A DNA stretch of 64,000 bases from positions 768,001-832,000 of the forward strand of contig CAVTRN010000002.1 of the NCBI GenBank assembly GCA_963737155.1. The letters are read 5' to 3'. The notes below the pieces were generated by a model, which was not told the origin of the DNA, ran no database searches, and saw only the letters and a program-made list of their open reading frames with translations. Made by a program: the position numbers and the translations under genes. The first letter of the stretch is position 1. The number at the start of each line of letters is the position of its first letter. Shown one piece after another: positions 43,530 to 52,787 of this stretch. The DNA is from Nitrospirota bacterium (GTDB taxonomy: Bacteria > Nitrospirota > UBA9217).

Positions 43530-44162
43530 CTATTGGGCATTCTTTTGTTTTCTCTTTTTCCATAACAGATAAAACGCAAAAAGAACGATCGCTGCTAGAG
43601 AACCGATCCCAAGAATGTGATGGATGTTTTTCGTTTGTTTGGACCACTGTTCTTCAAAAAAGTAGCCGAGGAAAATAAAGGTACTTGACCAGATAAATGC
43701 GCCGCCGTATCCAAAAAAAGTAAACTCAGTAAAGGTCATCTTTGATGTCCCCGCGGCAAATACAGTCAAGTGCCGCACGCCGGGCAGAAAATAGCCGAAC
43801 AACAGCCCCCACCTGCCTGAATGTTCAAACCACTCATGCATCTTGTCCATCTTTTCCGGGGTCAGTCGAACAAATCTGCCGAATTTCTTGACGAGGTAGA
43901 GTCCGAGGGTTCTGCCCAGTGCGTAGTTAAATGTTGCACCGCATACGCTGCCGAGGACAGCAGCAGTAACCGTGGGGATAGGAAGGAGTTCGCCCTTGTA
44001 AATGAGATGGCCGAGATAGGCGAGTATCCATTCGTTGGGCAAAGGAAGACCGATAATGCCTACCGCAAAAAGTCCGGCTATGACACCGTAGCCATGTATT
44101 TTAATCCAGTGCGTTACCCAATGAATGATATGATAGTTTCTGGCATAAAACATTTTATCCAT
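43530..44162 (-). CDS. DedA-family membrane protein
   Basis: GLPLPNE and FGYFLPGVRH motifs. Confidence 0.88.
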   Translation of the reverse strand: MDKMFYARNYHIIHWVTHWIKIHGYGVIAGLFAVGIIGLPLPNEWILAYLGHLIYKGELLPIPTVTAAVLGSVCGATFNYALGRTLGLYLVKKFGRFVRLTPEKMDKMHEWFEHSGRWGLLFGYFLPGVRHLTVFAAGTSKMTFTEFTFFGYGGAFIWSSTFIFLGYFFEEQWSKQTKNIHHILGIGSLAAIVLFAFYLLWKKRKQKNAQ

Positions 44163-44386
44163 GAACGTTAGTGGATTCTATCCCAAGACTAAACGGCCCC
44201 TCCGAAGGTAAGACTAGCAACCTGTATGTTGTTGATGCATCGATTCTATCGTACGACATTATCACTTTAGCCTTATCGTTGTCTCCATTTCGTTAGGCTT
44301 GTGACGCTGCGGCAAGATTTACCAAAATATTATGATTATTGATATAGAATGGTTATGTCTATTTTTTTACCAGCCTCAGATTCGTC

Positions 44387-45790
44387 TCATATATTTACGT
44401 TTGGCCCCAAGTCAATAGAGTGTGGGTAAGTCAAAATGCTTGCAAGTCGATTTTTTTTGTAAGACGGCATTGCCATGAACGTAGCAACACTGCAATTTAA
44501 AATTTTTAACGAGTTACAAACATCGACCTTGTTGCGCTTCACTCGCAATGATTGCATAGAGAAGTCATAGAACGTATCAGTCCATAGTTCCGTGCCGAGA
44601 GCCATTTTATATGTGAATGCTCCCGCAACCGAAGATAAGACTATTGGTTGGGGCTTCCAACATAGAAGATTCCCGGAGGATTGTCTGTCTCTTGGAAGAA
44701 GCAGTGTCACTTGCTTCGCGATATTCGGACGAAGCAAAATGTAATTGCCAATTGTATCGGCAGCGTGCGAGTCTGCGTGTTCCTTGGCGCCGCAGCGCGG
44801 ACAGAAAAATGTTTCCCCGTTGCGCATACTGGCATCGACCAGGGAATGGACGGTACAGCAAGAGGATGTGTGGTAGCTTGGGATAACTATCTCCGGGATA
44901 CCATCCCATTGCAGTTTATCCGATGCTCTTCGTATATACTGTCCTTTTGAACCGTTATTGATCATCTTGTTGAAGGTTCGGCCCTTGTAGCCTGGATCGT
45001 TTTTCTCCCTGGCAAGGATAGAAAGATCTTCCCGTACGATTGCCGCATGGTATTTCCTTGCAAGAATTGTTTCCTGGTTGGACAGATACCCGAACCACGA
45101 TTTCTTAACCCCCGCGGTTTTCTTATAGAAGGACAAGCGTTTTTTCTTCATCTCGACGAGGTGATGAAGCAGCCGGAAAAACTTTTTATGGATATGCCGT
45201 ATATAGGGGTCACCAGGATCCTGTCCCTCGGCAAATTGCTCCCGTTCGTCCAGCCCCAGGTATCCACAAATGATGCTTTTAAGCTTGTTCAGATTATTGT
45301 AGCCGGTGTCTATCTGCGACTTCAGTTTTTCGATACGTTTGCAGGAATCATTGATGTTCCGGAGAAAACCGCGGCCGTTGAAGCGGATGCGTTCCACGAC
45401 GTTGTCATTGGGATGGCTGTAATTTTTCAGATAATCGAGAGCCTCTCCCCGGGTAAACTCGCTGATTTGCTTAAGTTTCTTCTCATCGATCTGATCATCT
45501 ATCCTTAGGGCGAGACGCGCTTTTTCCACATATGCTTTGTTGAAACCAATATCCATGTTTTTCTGGAGAGCGGTCAGAACAGCATGGACGTCCTCGCCGT
45601 TTCTTGTGCTTGCGAGAGGTTCGGGAAGGAACGCCGCATCCACAAACGAATTCGCAGCGGCAAGAAACTTCCTGCGAATAATCAAGAGATCGCCCATCTT
45701 GCCGGCCGTCAGCATGCCAGGGTCCAGCATGGTTTTCCCGCTGGGGATGGAGCGCCTGAACACATTTTTATCCCCTTTGCCGTAGGCCAT
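44387..45790 (-). CDS. tnpB: Atypical TnpB-like protein
   Basis: RuvC-II IVREDL, zinc ribbon TSSCCTVH...FCPRCG and RuvC-III HADSHAA; no RuvC-I motif seen; ORF runs through the right end. Confidence 0.7.
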   Translation of the reverse strand: MAYGKGDKNVFRRSIPSGKTMLDPGMLTAGKMGDLLIIRRKFLAAANSFVDAAFLPEPLASTRNGEDVHAVLTALQKNMDIGFNKAYVEKARLALRIDDQIDEKKLKQISEFTRGEALDYLKNYSHPNDNVVERIRFNGRGFLRNINDSCKRIEKLKSQIDTGYNNLNKLKSIICGYLGLDEREQFAEGQDPGDPYIRHIHKKFFRLLHHLVEMKKKRLSFYKKTAGVKKSWFGYLSNQETILARKYHAAIVREDLSILAREKNDPGYKGRTFNKMINNGSKGQYIRRASDKLQWDGIPEIVIPSYHTSSCCTVHSLVDASMRNGETFFCPRCGAKEHADSHAADTIGNYILLRPNIAKQVTLLLPRDRQSSGNLLCWKPQPIVLSSVAGAFTYKMALGTELWTDTFYDFSMQSLRVKRNKVDVCNSLKILNCSVATFMAMPSYKKNRLASILTYPHSIDLGPNVNI

Positions 45791-46185
45791 TAATTTCCTT
45801 GCCCTTCAAGGTATTTCTGTATGACTTCAAGCGGCGCTCCGCCAGCGGTAACAACAAAGTAGCTTGCCGCCCAAAACTTTTCCTTCCACAATTTTTCTTT
45901 AATGCCGGGAAATTCTTTTTTGAGCAAACGGGATGTAACGGTTTTCAGGGAATTGATAAGACGGCACAAATTGAATTCCGGCGGAGCGGACAACAGGATA
46001 TGTATATGGTCAGGTTCACCGTTTGCTTCCACGATTTTTGCCTTGAAATCCGTGGCGATATCTCCTGCTATTTCCAAACACCGGCGAAGTACGGGTTCCG
46101 TAAGCACCTTTCTGCGATATGCAACCACTAGAACCAAGTGGTAGTTCAGACTAAAAACACTATGATGTGAGTAAGTTAATTCCAT
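45790..46185 (-). CDS. tnpA: IS200-type Y1 HUH transposase
   Basis: YHLVLVVAYRR, DHIHIL, LKTVTSR, FWAASYF and YLEGQ motifs; TAATG overlap with tnpB. Confidence 0.95.
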   Translation of the reverse strand: MELTYSHHSVFSLNYHLVLVVAYRRKVLTEPVLRRCLEIAGDIATDFKAKIVEANGEPDHIHILLSAPPEFNLCRLINSLKTVTSRLLKKEFPGIKEKLWKEKFWAASYFVVTAGGAPLEVIQKYLEGQGN

Positions 46186-46192
46186 TTAACCA

Positions 46193-46221
46193 AACATAGC
46201 ATCGTCTGTTGGAAATGTCAA
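46193..46221 (-). promoter_or_regulatory. Promoter for leaderless tnpA
   Basis: TTGACA-N17-TATGTT-N7-ATG. Confidence 0.55.
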
Positions 46222-46392
46222 CTGCTTTTCAATCGACTTCCCAATTTACCCCGCAACCAATACGTAGTTTGAATGGGGTGTTCTTGGATAGATGATAAAA
46301 TAAAAATAATCAAGCATTGTATTTGATTGGGTCTCCCGAGTTTAGTGTGGGGTATTTTAGACTTCTCGGATGAAAGATGTAAGTACTTTTAT

Positions 46393-46536
46393 AAAACAGT
46401 CCTGAAATACCCAGCAGCTTGCTGCTGGGATGAAAAGGACATCCTGGCGAAGCCAGGATAAGTCTTCAGCTTCTTTGTTGTGCTTTTTTAAGGTTTCAAG
46501 TTCCGATGCCCCGCAGCTTGCTGCGGGGTAATTCAC
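46393..46536 (+). mobile_element. 144-bp non-autonomous IS200/IS605 derivative (PATE-like)
   Basis: TTTAT at 46388-46392; hairpins CCCAGCAGCTTGCTGCTGGG and CCCCGCAGCTTGCTGCGGGG; ends in TTCAC. Confidence 0.75.
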
Positions 46537-46625
46537 TAGCCGAAGGCATTGATATTAAGAGCACTTTTGTTCATTTAGACTGATAATTCTCAGCACTCTA
46601 AGCTACCAGGTTGATAATTGCTTCG

Positions 46626-47276
46626 TCATAGTTTAACCCGAATAGGACCGCACATTGGCTCGACATTGTCCTTGATGGCCTGGCTGGCAGCTGCCTTCCG
46701 CGCGATAGCGATCTCTTCCTTGTTCAATTGCCAGCCAAGAGTTTTGGATCGCATGAGATTATCCTCGGAGTCCTGTCGATGCGGAAGGCCCAGGGCATGG
46801 CCGAGTTCGTGTGCGGCTGTTCGGGCCGCAGAGTGCTGTACAGGCCTCGGCGCCGCTCTCAGGATCGGCGTATCACGCACATAGATAGAGTGACCGCCGC
46901 TGTAGATGCCATTTATGCTGTCGTTATCGTCTATCCGGGGCATGAACCAGATATCGAACCCTGGAGACTTCACGTCGGTCATCACAACCGTTATCTCGAA
47001 GCAAATGCCGGCCTGAGACCACCAGATGTGATTGATTTCCTCTAAAATATCAGTGAAAGCTGCAGCACTCCTGGCGCTCTCCTTCAGGTGAACGCTCAGC
47101 GGGATGTGGTAGACAGGCAAGGAGGGAGTGGACAGCTCCTGAGGGGTTATGGAAGTTTCAGGCTGCGACGAGAGAGCCAGCTCTTCGGCGTAAGCTGCCG
47201 TACGATAGCCAAAAACGGCTACTATAGCGAAGAGCATGACCAAGCTGAAGTGGAGAATTCTCTCAAACCTTTTCAT
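46626..47276 (-). CDS. Secreted metzincin (matrixin-like) metalloprotease
   Basis: HELGHALGLPH plus Met-turn NLM; signal peptide. Confidence 0.85.
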   Translation of the reverse strand: MKRFERILHFSLVMLFAIVAVFGYRTAAYAEELALSSQPETSITPQELSTPSLPVYHIPLSVHLKESARSAAAFTDILEEINHIWWSQAGICFEITVVMTDVKSPGFDIWFMPRIDDNDSINGIYSGGHSIYVRDTPILRAAPRPVQHSAARTAAHELGHALGLPHRQDSEDNLMRSKTLGWQLNKEEIAIARKAAASQAIKDNVEPMCGPIRVKL

Positions 47277-47422
47277 ATATAATAGGAAAGGTGTCTCGAA
47301 ACATATAGAACATCGAACTTGTATATCACATAGCGTGGCCGTGAAAGATTCATTATATTCTTTAAATATACTGTGCGCTAGTCACTATTTACGTTGATAG
47401 TTTGACTTAGAAGGAATTCCTG

Positions 47423-48292
47423 CTAGAAATTGATTGATACGCCGAACCTGATACCGTAAATATCGGTGTGGCTGTCCGGTTCTATTGCATAAAGTACCTG
47501 CCCCGTTGACGGGTCGTACACAGGGGATTCATTCCGTGTGAGCAGAACTGGATTCGAGGCGCCGATGTTCCACCGCTGGTAATACGGCCTCGCGAAAAGG
47601 GAGATGTCGCTGAGTATGCCTTTGTCGATCTCGTACGTCAGCGGCACTTCGATATGGTACCCTGGCTCAGGCTTCAAGTTGAAGGTGGCTTTGTCATATT
47701 GGCCATCCGTGCTGGTCTGCATCTGCGGGTCGATCAGAAACTGGATAGAGGCATCGAGCCCGATGAGGCATTTGCCATAACGGTAGGCGAAATTGGCTCC
47801 TAGTGCGCCATAGCCCCATGTGTACGTTTCCAAGTAGTTCGGCAGATCATTTTCTCCTCTGTCCCAATACCGATATCCAAGTGCAACGTACGGCGACAAC
47901 GTCGCATTCGAAAAATTCAAGGCCTTGTATCCGATAGACCCTTCCAATTGATAAAATAATTCGCTCGTTTTCAACGTGATCGCAGTCCCGTTCTGCAGTG
48001 CTCCCTTGTACGTAGATGAACCCGAGCCGTTGAAATCAATGGATCCGCGTGCGAACATCTCTTCAGTGTCATACCGGGCTTCGAAGAGCAGGCCGTTCAT
48101 CCAGCCGGTATCCCGGTCTAAAACGTTGCCATTCATGATTTCCTTGTACGAAAGATAGTTGCCGTCATACCCGAGCGATAGCGTAACTCCTTGTTGGCCG
48201 GCGCCAGCGCTTTCCCTTTGTCCAGCATCGGTCTCCCGCAGGGGAAATAGCATAAATATGCCAATAAAACAGACTACAAAAACTTTTTTCAT
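47423..48292 (-). CDS. Outer-membrane beta-barrel protein
   Basis: Signal peptide; aromatic amphipathic strands; terminal Phe. Confidence 0.75.
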   Translation of the reverse strand: MKKVFVVCFIGIFMLFPLRETDAGQRESAGAGQQGVTLSLGYDGNYLSYKEIMNGNVLDRDTGWMNGLLFEARYDTEEMFARGSIDFNGSGSSTYKGALQNGTAITLKTSELFYQLEGSIGYKALNFSNATLSPYVALGYRYWDRGENDLPNYLETYTWGYGALGANFAYRYGKCLIGLDASIQFLIDPQMQTSTDGQYDKATFNLKPEPGYHIEVPLTYEIDKGILSDISLFARPYYQRWNIGASNPVLLTRNESPVYDPSTGQVLYAIEPDSHTDIYGIRFGVSINF

Positions 48293-49143
48293 ACACCTCC
48301 CATATGGCTATTAGATGAATATGAACTCTTTTCCCTTCGGTTTAATTTGAAATAGCTGTCATGTCATAAATTTTATTCAAGAGTTAAATTTATTGATAGA
48401 TAATTTAAGTAAATTTCCGAGATATTCTGAGAGTTTGTCATCGTTGGGTTTTGTATCGGGCAACTGATTGATTTAATAAGAAACATCACTCACGTTCAAG
48501 AAATCGTGAATGATTAGAAATCAATTTGTCATAAAGTCCTCTACAGGTTTCTGGGACTATTCATATCCTACATTTAATTTAAAGGTAGCATGGCCTCTTC
48601 GATTGTCAAGCCAAAAAGCCTCACAAATCAGGAATGGGCATATATAAGGTATCGCAGAAGGTGGCACTCTATCACAATGGATTTTCAACAAACGTTTGGT
48701 GGATGAGCTTCTACCATTGGGAAAATCTCCCGGGATAAAGAATTAAGGGACTAACGATCGATAACATGATCGGCTTTTTGACGAGGACATGGATCTCTCC
48801 TTTGAAACTGGAGTTCTCGGCGATGATAGTCCCCACAGCAAAAGAGTGGCAATGGTTGGGAGGCAGAAGTCTATACGCCACTTGCTGTCAGGTCCCGGCA
48901 AACCTCATGGAGGATGTCCAAGAATGTCTGCATGCGGGTGTTGCTCTGAGCTTTAAGAGAATTTAGTATGAAATCTGGATGAATATCACTATCAGGATTA
49001 TTCCCTCGTCGCAATATTTGCAACACACCAGTAATTGGCGATGAGATAGACTTAATTTTACAGGAGGTGTAAGATTATTATTAAAACATGTGGCGCAGTC
49101 TTTATCTTGAACTCGTTATTCTCATATGGAGGATGATTAACCC

Positions 49144-50142
49144 ATGACATATCTTCTCAAACCTTTAAAAGTGCGTTCAATGAACTTAGCCAACCGCCTG
49201 GTTATGCCACCGATGGCTACGGCAAAAGCCGAGCCTGACGGAAAAGTAAGTCAGGCACTTCTCGATTACTATGAGGAAAAATCCCGTGGCGGATTTATTT
49301 CATTGATCATCATCGAGCACAGCTACATAACCCCGGAGGGAAAGGCTAGCAATAATCAGCTTTCCGTTTCCGATGACGCGGTGATCTCTGGCCTGTGGAA
49401 ATTATCGGATATCATTCACCGGAGCGGATCAAAGGCTGCAATCCAGATCAACCACGCTGGAAGCGCAGCGCTAAAAGACGTCACGGGAACGACGCCCCTG
49501 GCTCCTTCAGCGACGGCGAACCCAAGGCGTGGCGACATGCCCCGCGAGATTACACAAAAGGAGATCGGCGACATTGTGAATGCCTTTAAAGATGCCAGCC
49601 GTAGGGTCAGAGAAGCAGGCTTTGACGCCGTGGAAATACATTCCGCCCATGGTTATCTTCTCAACCAGTTCTTATCTCCCCTGACAAACAAACGGACAGA
49701 CGAATACGGTGGAGATATTTCTGGCCGCATTCGCATTCACCTACAGGTTATCCAGGCGGTACGCGCGTCGGTTGGGCCGGATTTCCCTATTCAGGTACGA
49801 TTAGGGGCTTCGGATTATACAGATGGCGGAACGACCATTGAGGATAGCAAGATTGCCGCCCGGGCATTTGAAAAGGCAGGTGTGGATATCATTCACATCT
49901 CTGGCGGGTTCATCGGATATACTCCCCCCGATGTTGCCGGGCAAGGTTATTTTGCTCCCCTCAGCGAGGCCATCAAGAGCGCAGTTTCCATTCCCGTGAT
50001 ACTGACCGGCGGGATTACCGAAGTTGAGGCGGCAGAGAAATTCTTGAGGGAGAAGAAAGCAGACCTGATCGGCGTAGGAAGAGCCATCCTTCAAGACAGT
50101 ACATGGGCGGAACGTGCTATTGAACACGTTCGATCAAAGTAG
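49144..50142 (+). CDS. NADH:flavin oxidoreductase (Old Yellow Enzyme family)
   Basis: NRLVMPPM, QINHAG and EIHSAHGYLLNQFLSP..N.RTDEYGG motifs. Confidence 0.95.
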   Translation: MTYLLKPLKVRSMNLANRLVMPPMATAKAEPDGKVSQALLDYYEEKSRGGFISLIIIEHSYITPEGKASNNQLSVSDDAVISGLWKLSDIIHRSGSKAAIQINHAGSAALKDVTGTTPLAPSATANPRRGDMPREITQKEIGDIVNAFKDASRRVREAGFDAVEIHSAHGYLLNQFLSPLTNKRTDEYGGDISGRIRIHLQVIQAVRASVGPDFPIQVRLGASDYTDGGTTIEDSKIAARAFEKAGVDIIHISGGFIGYTPPDVAGQGYFAPLSEAIKSAVSIPVILTGGITEVEAAEKFLREKKADLIGVGRAILQDSTWAERAIEHVRSK

Positions 50143-50289
50143 GATTTAATGATTCGAGTGTCTGCATTAATGTATCGCCTTGGGAGCCTGTATTTTTCTG
50201 AAGTAATAAACCCATCGAACCGGAGAAAAGTGTCCTCGCTGAGTCGGGAGCGCAACAAGTAACCAAACTTAAACCATTGATCCTGGACT

Positions 50290-50766
50290 CTATGTGCAGT
50301 ACAAGTTTTTCTCCATAATTATGACCGGACACGAGTGATACATTGTTTTCTCTTTCACAACCCATCCTAATTTTAAATAGAACAATGAAGGAAGAATGAT
50401 ATCAGTTGTGAACAGATACAGTTTGCATATATTTAATTCGGCGGCTATATTCTCTGCAGTTTTTACCAAATTTGAGCCAATCATCTTTCTCCTCCATGGC
50501 TTGACGACGTATAGGCTGGTAAGCCAGTGCGGCAGATCTTTTCTAGCTTCCATGTCAAATGTCCTAAGAGATACTGTCCCTACAGGTTCTCTTGCGTCGA
50601 AGGCCACCAGCGTAAGGGGGAGATTTTTTTTATTAATCCTCTTTCGTAACAAACTTTCTATATCTTGTAGCGTCATCTCGGGATACAGGTATGACCACTC
50701 GTCGTATATCCAACCAGCAAGAACCGGTATAATTTCTTGGTGATCTCCCAGATATTGAATATCCAC
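50290..50766 (-). CDS. GNAT acetyltransferase
   Basis: WLTSLYVVKPWRRKMIGS and FYLKLGW motifs. Confidence 0.85.
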   Translation of the reverse strand: MDIQYLGDHQEIIPVLAGWIYDEWSYLYPEMTLQDIESLLRKRINKKNLPLTLVAFDAREPVGTVSLRTFDMEARKDLPHWLTSLYVVKPWRRKMIGSNLVKTAENIAAELNICKLYLFTTDIILPSLFYLKLGWVVKEKTMYHSCPVIIMEKNLYCT

Positions 50767-51233
50767 TTATACACCATTCTTTCATGGTAAATTAATCAAT
50801 TATACAGGGACCCTTAAAGGCCGGTATCTAATGGTCTGCTCTACGGATCGATCATTTAACTCTATCTTGCCTAAACGATTAAAGATTCCACGACAATTAT
50901 CAAAAAATATTTATTTTCCTTGTAGCATATATTTGCCCGGTGCCACTAATGCAATGTGAATCCCGCAGCTTTAAAAACCGAAACTGCGCGAACTTCAAAG
51001 GAAGCATGTATGCCAATTGGAGTACATGATCGTCACTCTATAAGTTTTGAATCGTCATCTGTTTGATTTTAATTCATAGGGCTGGCTCAGGACGGCTCAT
51101 TCCATAAATTGCCCCACGATATCATTCTCGAAAAATCACAAATTTGTGAAAAACTACGAGACCATATATGCTTGCATAAGTCCGCAACGTAAGCCCGTTC
51201 GGCGTTTTTGCCTTGTTTTACCCGTATGTAATT

Positions 51234-51560
51234 TCATAGTCCTTCAAGCAGCTTGTAATACTCTTTGATTGTATGAATGGATTCCATCGTGGTTTGGTAC
51301 AATATCCAACTGAGAACGAGGATTCCTATAGTGAGTCCGATTTTCCATGCCCGCGTCGTTTGCGGACGCCACCAAATTAGGGGTAGCGCCAGAGGCCCCA
51401 CAGAGCAGATTGCGACGATTATAAAGAATTTTCGGAAATACCATGGAAACTTTTGTTCTGCAAAGCGTTGCGGCGTGGAAGCGTACAAAAACTCGCCACA
51501 GTGTTTACATTTTATCGCGGCATCTTGAATATCTTCAGCACAGAAGGGGCACTTTTTCAT
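51234..51560 (-). CDS. Zinc-ribbon membrane protein
   Basis: CPFCAEDIQDAAIKCKHCGE followed by two TM segments. Confidence 0.8.
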   Translation of the reverse strand: MKKCPFCAEDIQDAAIKCKHCGEFLYASTPQRFAEQKFPWYFRKFFIIVAICSVGPLALPLIWWRPQTTRAWKIGLTIGILVLSWILYQTTMESIHTIKEYYKLLEGL

Positions 51561-51650
51561 TATCATCTCTCTTGGCAGAACATTTATTGGGCAGGTACCT
51601 AAATTACATCGCAAATCCGATGCTATCTAGACATTATGGTTGACAGTTGA

Positions 51651-51814
51651 ATAAGTGACCTGCCCTTGTCACCGTGGTTATACCCGGATGCAATAGGTGT
51701 TCAAATACAAAACCATAAATAAGGAGGCAGGTCATGAAGAATTCTATCACATTCGGTGGTCTCGATTCAGAAAAAAACTCAATAGCAGTAGCAACGGTCA
51801 AAATCGACACCTAA
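51651..51814 (+). mobile_element. IS110-family left-end and N-terminal remnant
   Basis: SD AGGAGG; MKNSITFGGLDSEKNSIAVA* resembles the DEDD transposase GLDVHK start; inverted repeat GACCTGCC/GGCAGGTC. Confidence 0.6.
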
Positions 51815-51822
51815 CGCTTGTC

Positions 51823-52013
51823 CATCTTTGCGAGTACAGAACAAGATAGGAAGCGATTCAGGACTTTATGGAATACATCGAGTTTTTACTACAACCGGCA
51901 AAGCAGTCACGCAAGATTAGGATTTCTTTCCCCCCGAGGTCTGTGGACAAAAGTTCTTGCCGGACAGTCGGCAGCATGAACAGTTTGGCGTCCACTATTG
52001 ACATACGACCCTA
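51823..52013 (+). mobile_element. IS3-family C-terminal and right-end remnant
   Basis: YRTR*EAIQDFMEYIEF / YNRQSSHARLGFLSP with stop and frameshift; GTCCACTATTGAC end-like sequence. Confidence 0.7.
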
Positions 52014-52251
52014 AGATAGGGTATGGTTGCGCTAACGAGGCACTGTCGGACGAAAGGGACAGAAACAGATAGGCCCGGCCTGCAGCCACTATGCCAAGGC
52101 TTCACACTACTTCCGTCATCGTACCATAAAATGCCATTTAATGTCATTCACCAAATGACGATATTTTTTGCCAAGCTTCATTGATTTTAGGAATTAGGTC
52201 TTTCCCCCCCTGGATACATAATATATATGTTCAATCTTAATCAAGCTTGCT

Positions 52252-52280
52252 TAAACCTTTTATCATTATCGCTGTCTAAA
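52252..52280 (+). promoter_or_regulatory. ECF-sigma-type promoter, copy C
   Basis: TAAACCTTTT-N11-TGTCTAAA. Confidence 0.5.
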
Positions 52281-52787
52281 GTTAAGTAGGGGATAATATA
52301 CTATTAGCGATAACGAATAAGGGCGGAATTGGATCCATGCCTGCGAGTCCGCAGGACATGATAAGATAAATTGTATCACTCCTGGAGTTAATGTTCCTTT
52401 TGGCATACGTGCACTGCTGATATGCAAGATCTCCCGACGCTGCACATCCCAGACATAAACCTGACACTAGTTGGCACCTGAGGACGCGCAGAAGAAAACC
52501 CTTTTGCGGCGCCAAGTGCCGAACCGATGCCGGCGCTACTTGAAGCGGCCACAAAGGCCGCTACGAGTTAATTATTACGGGCTGTTTAAAATCAGTTATG
52601 CCATGAAAAAGCATTTATCTTCGTAATTTGATACAAATATATGATATTTTGCATCAAAAAAATGGATAATTTATCGATTTCATAGAGCTACTTTTCAGCA
52701 TTGCCCACAATATTCTGTGCGTTTGTATTAGTATATTCGATTCAGGAGAACGAGCGGCTTGATGGAAGGCTGCAAAAGTATTAAAAC

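Larger units (their letters stand above)
44613..46294 (-). mobile_element. IS200/IS605-family element (tnpA + tnpB-like)
   Basis: TTTAT target at 46295-46299; left end CATCTATCCAAGAACACCCC...GGTTGCGGGGTAAATTGG; right end GAAGCCCC...GGTTGCGGGAGCATTCAC. Confidence 0.8.

Noticed and set aside
44200-46620. Possible CRISPR array near the TnpB/Cas12-like gene
   Set aside because: No regularly spaced direct repeats; the palindromes are IS ends
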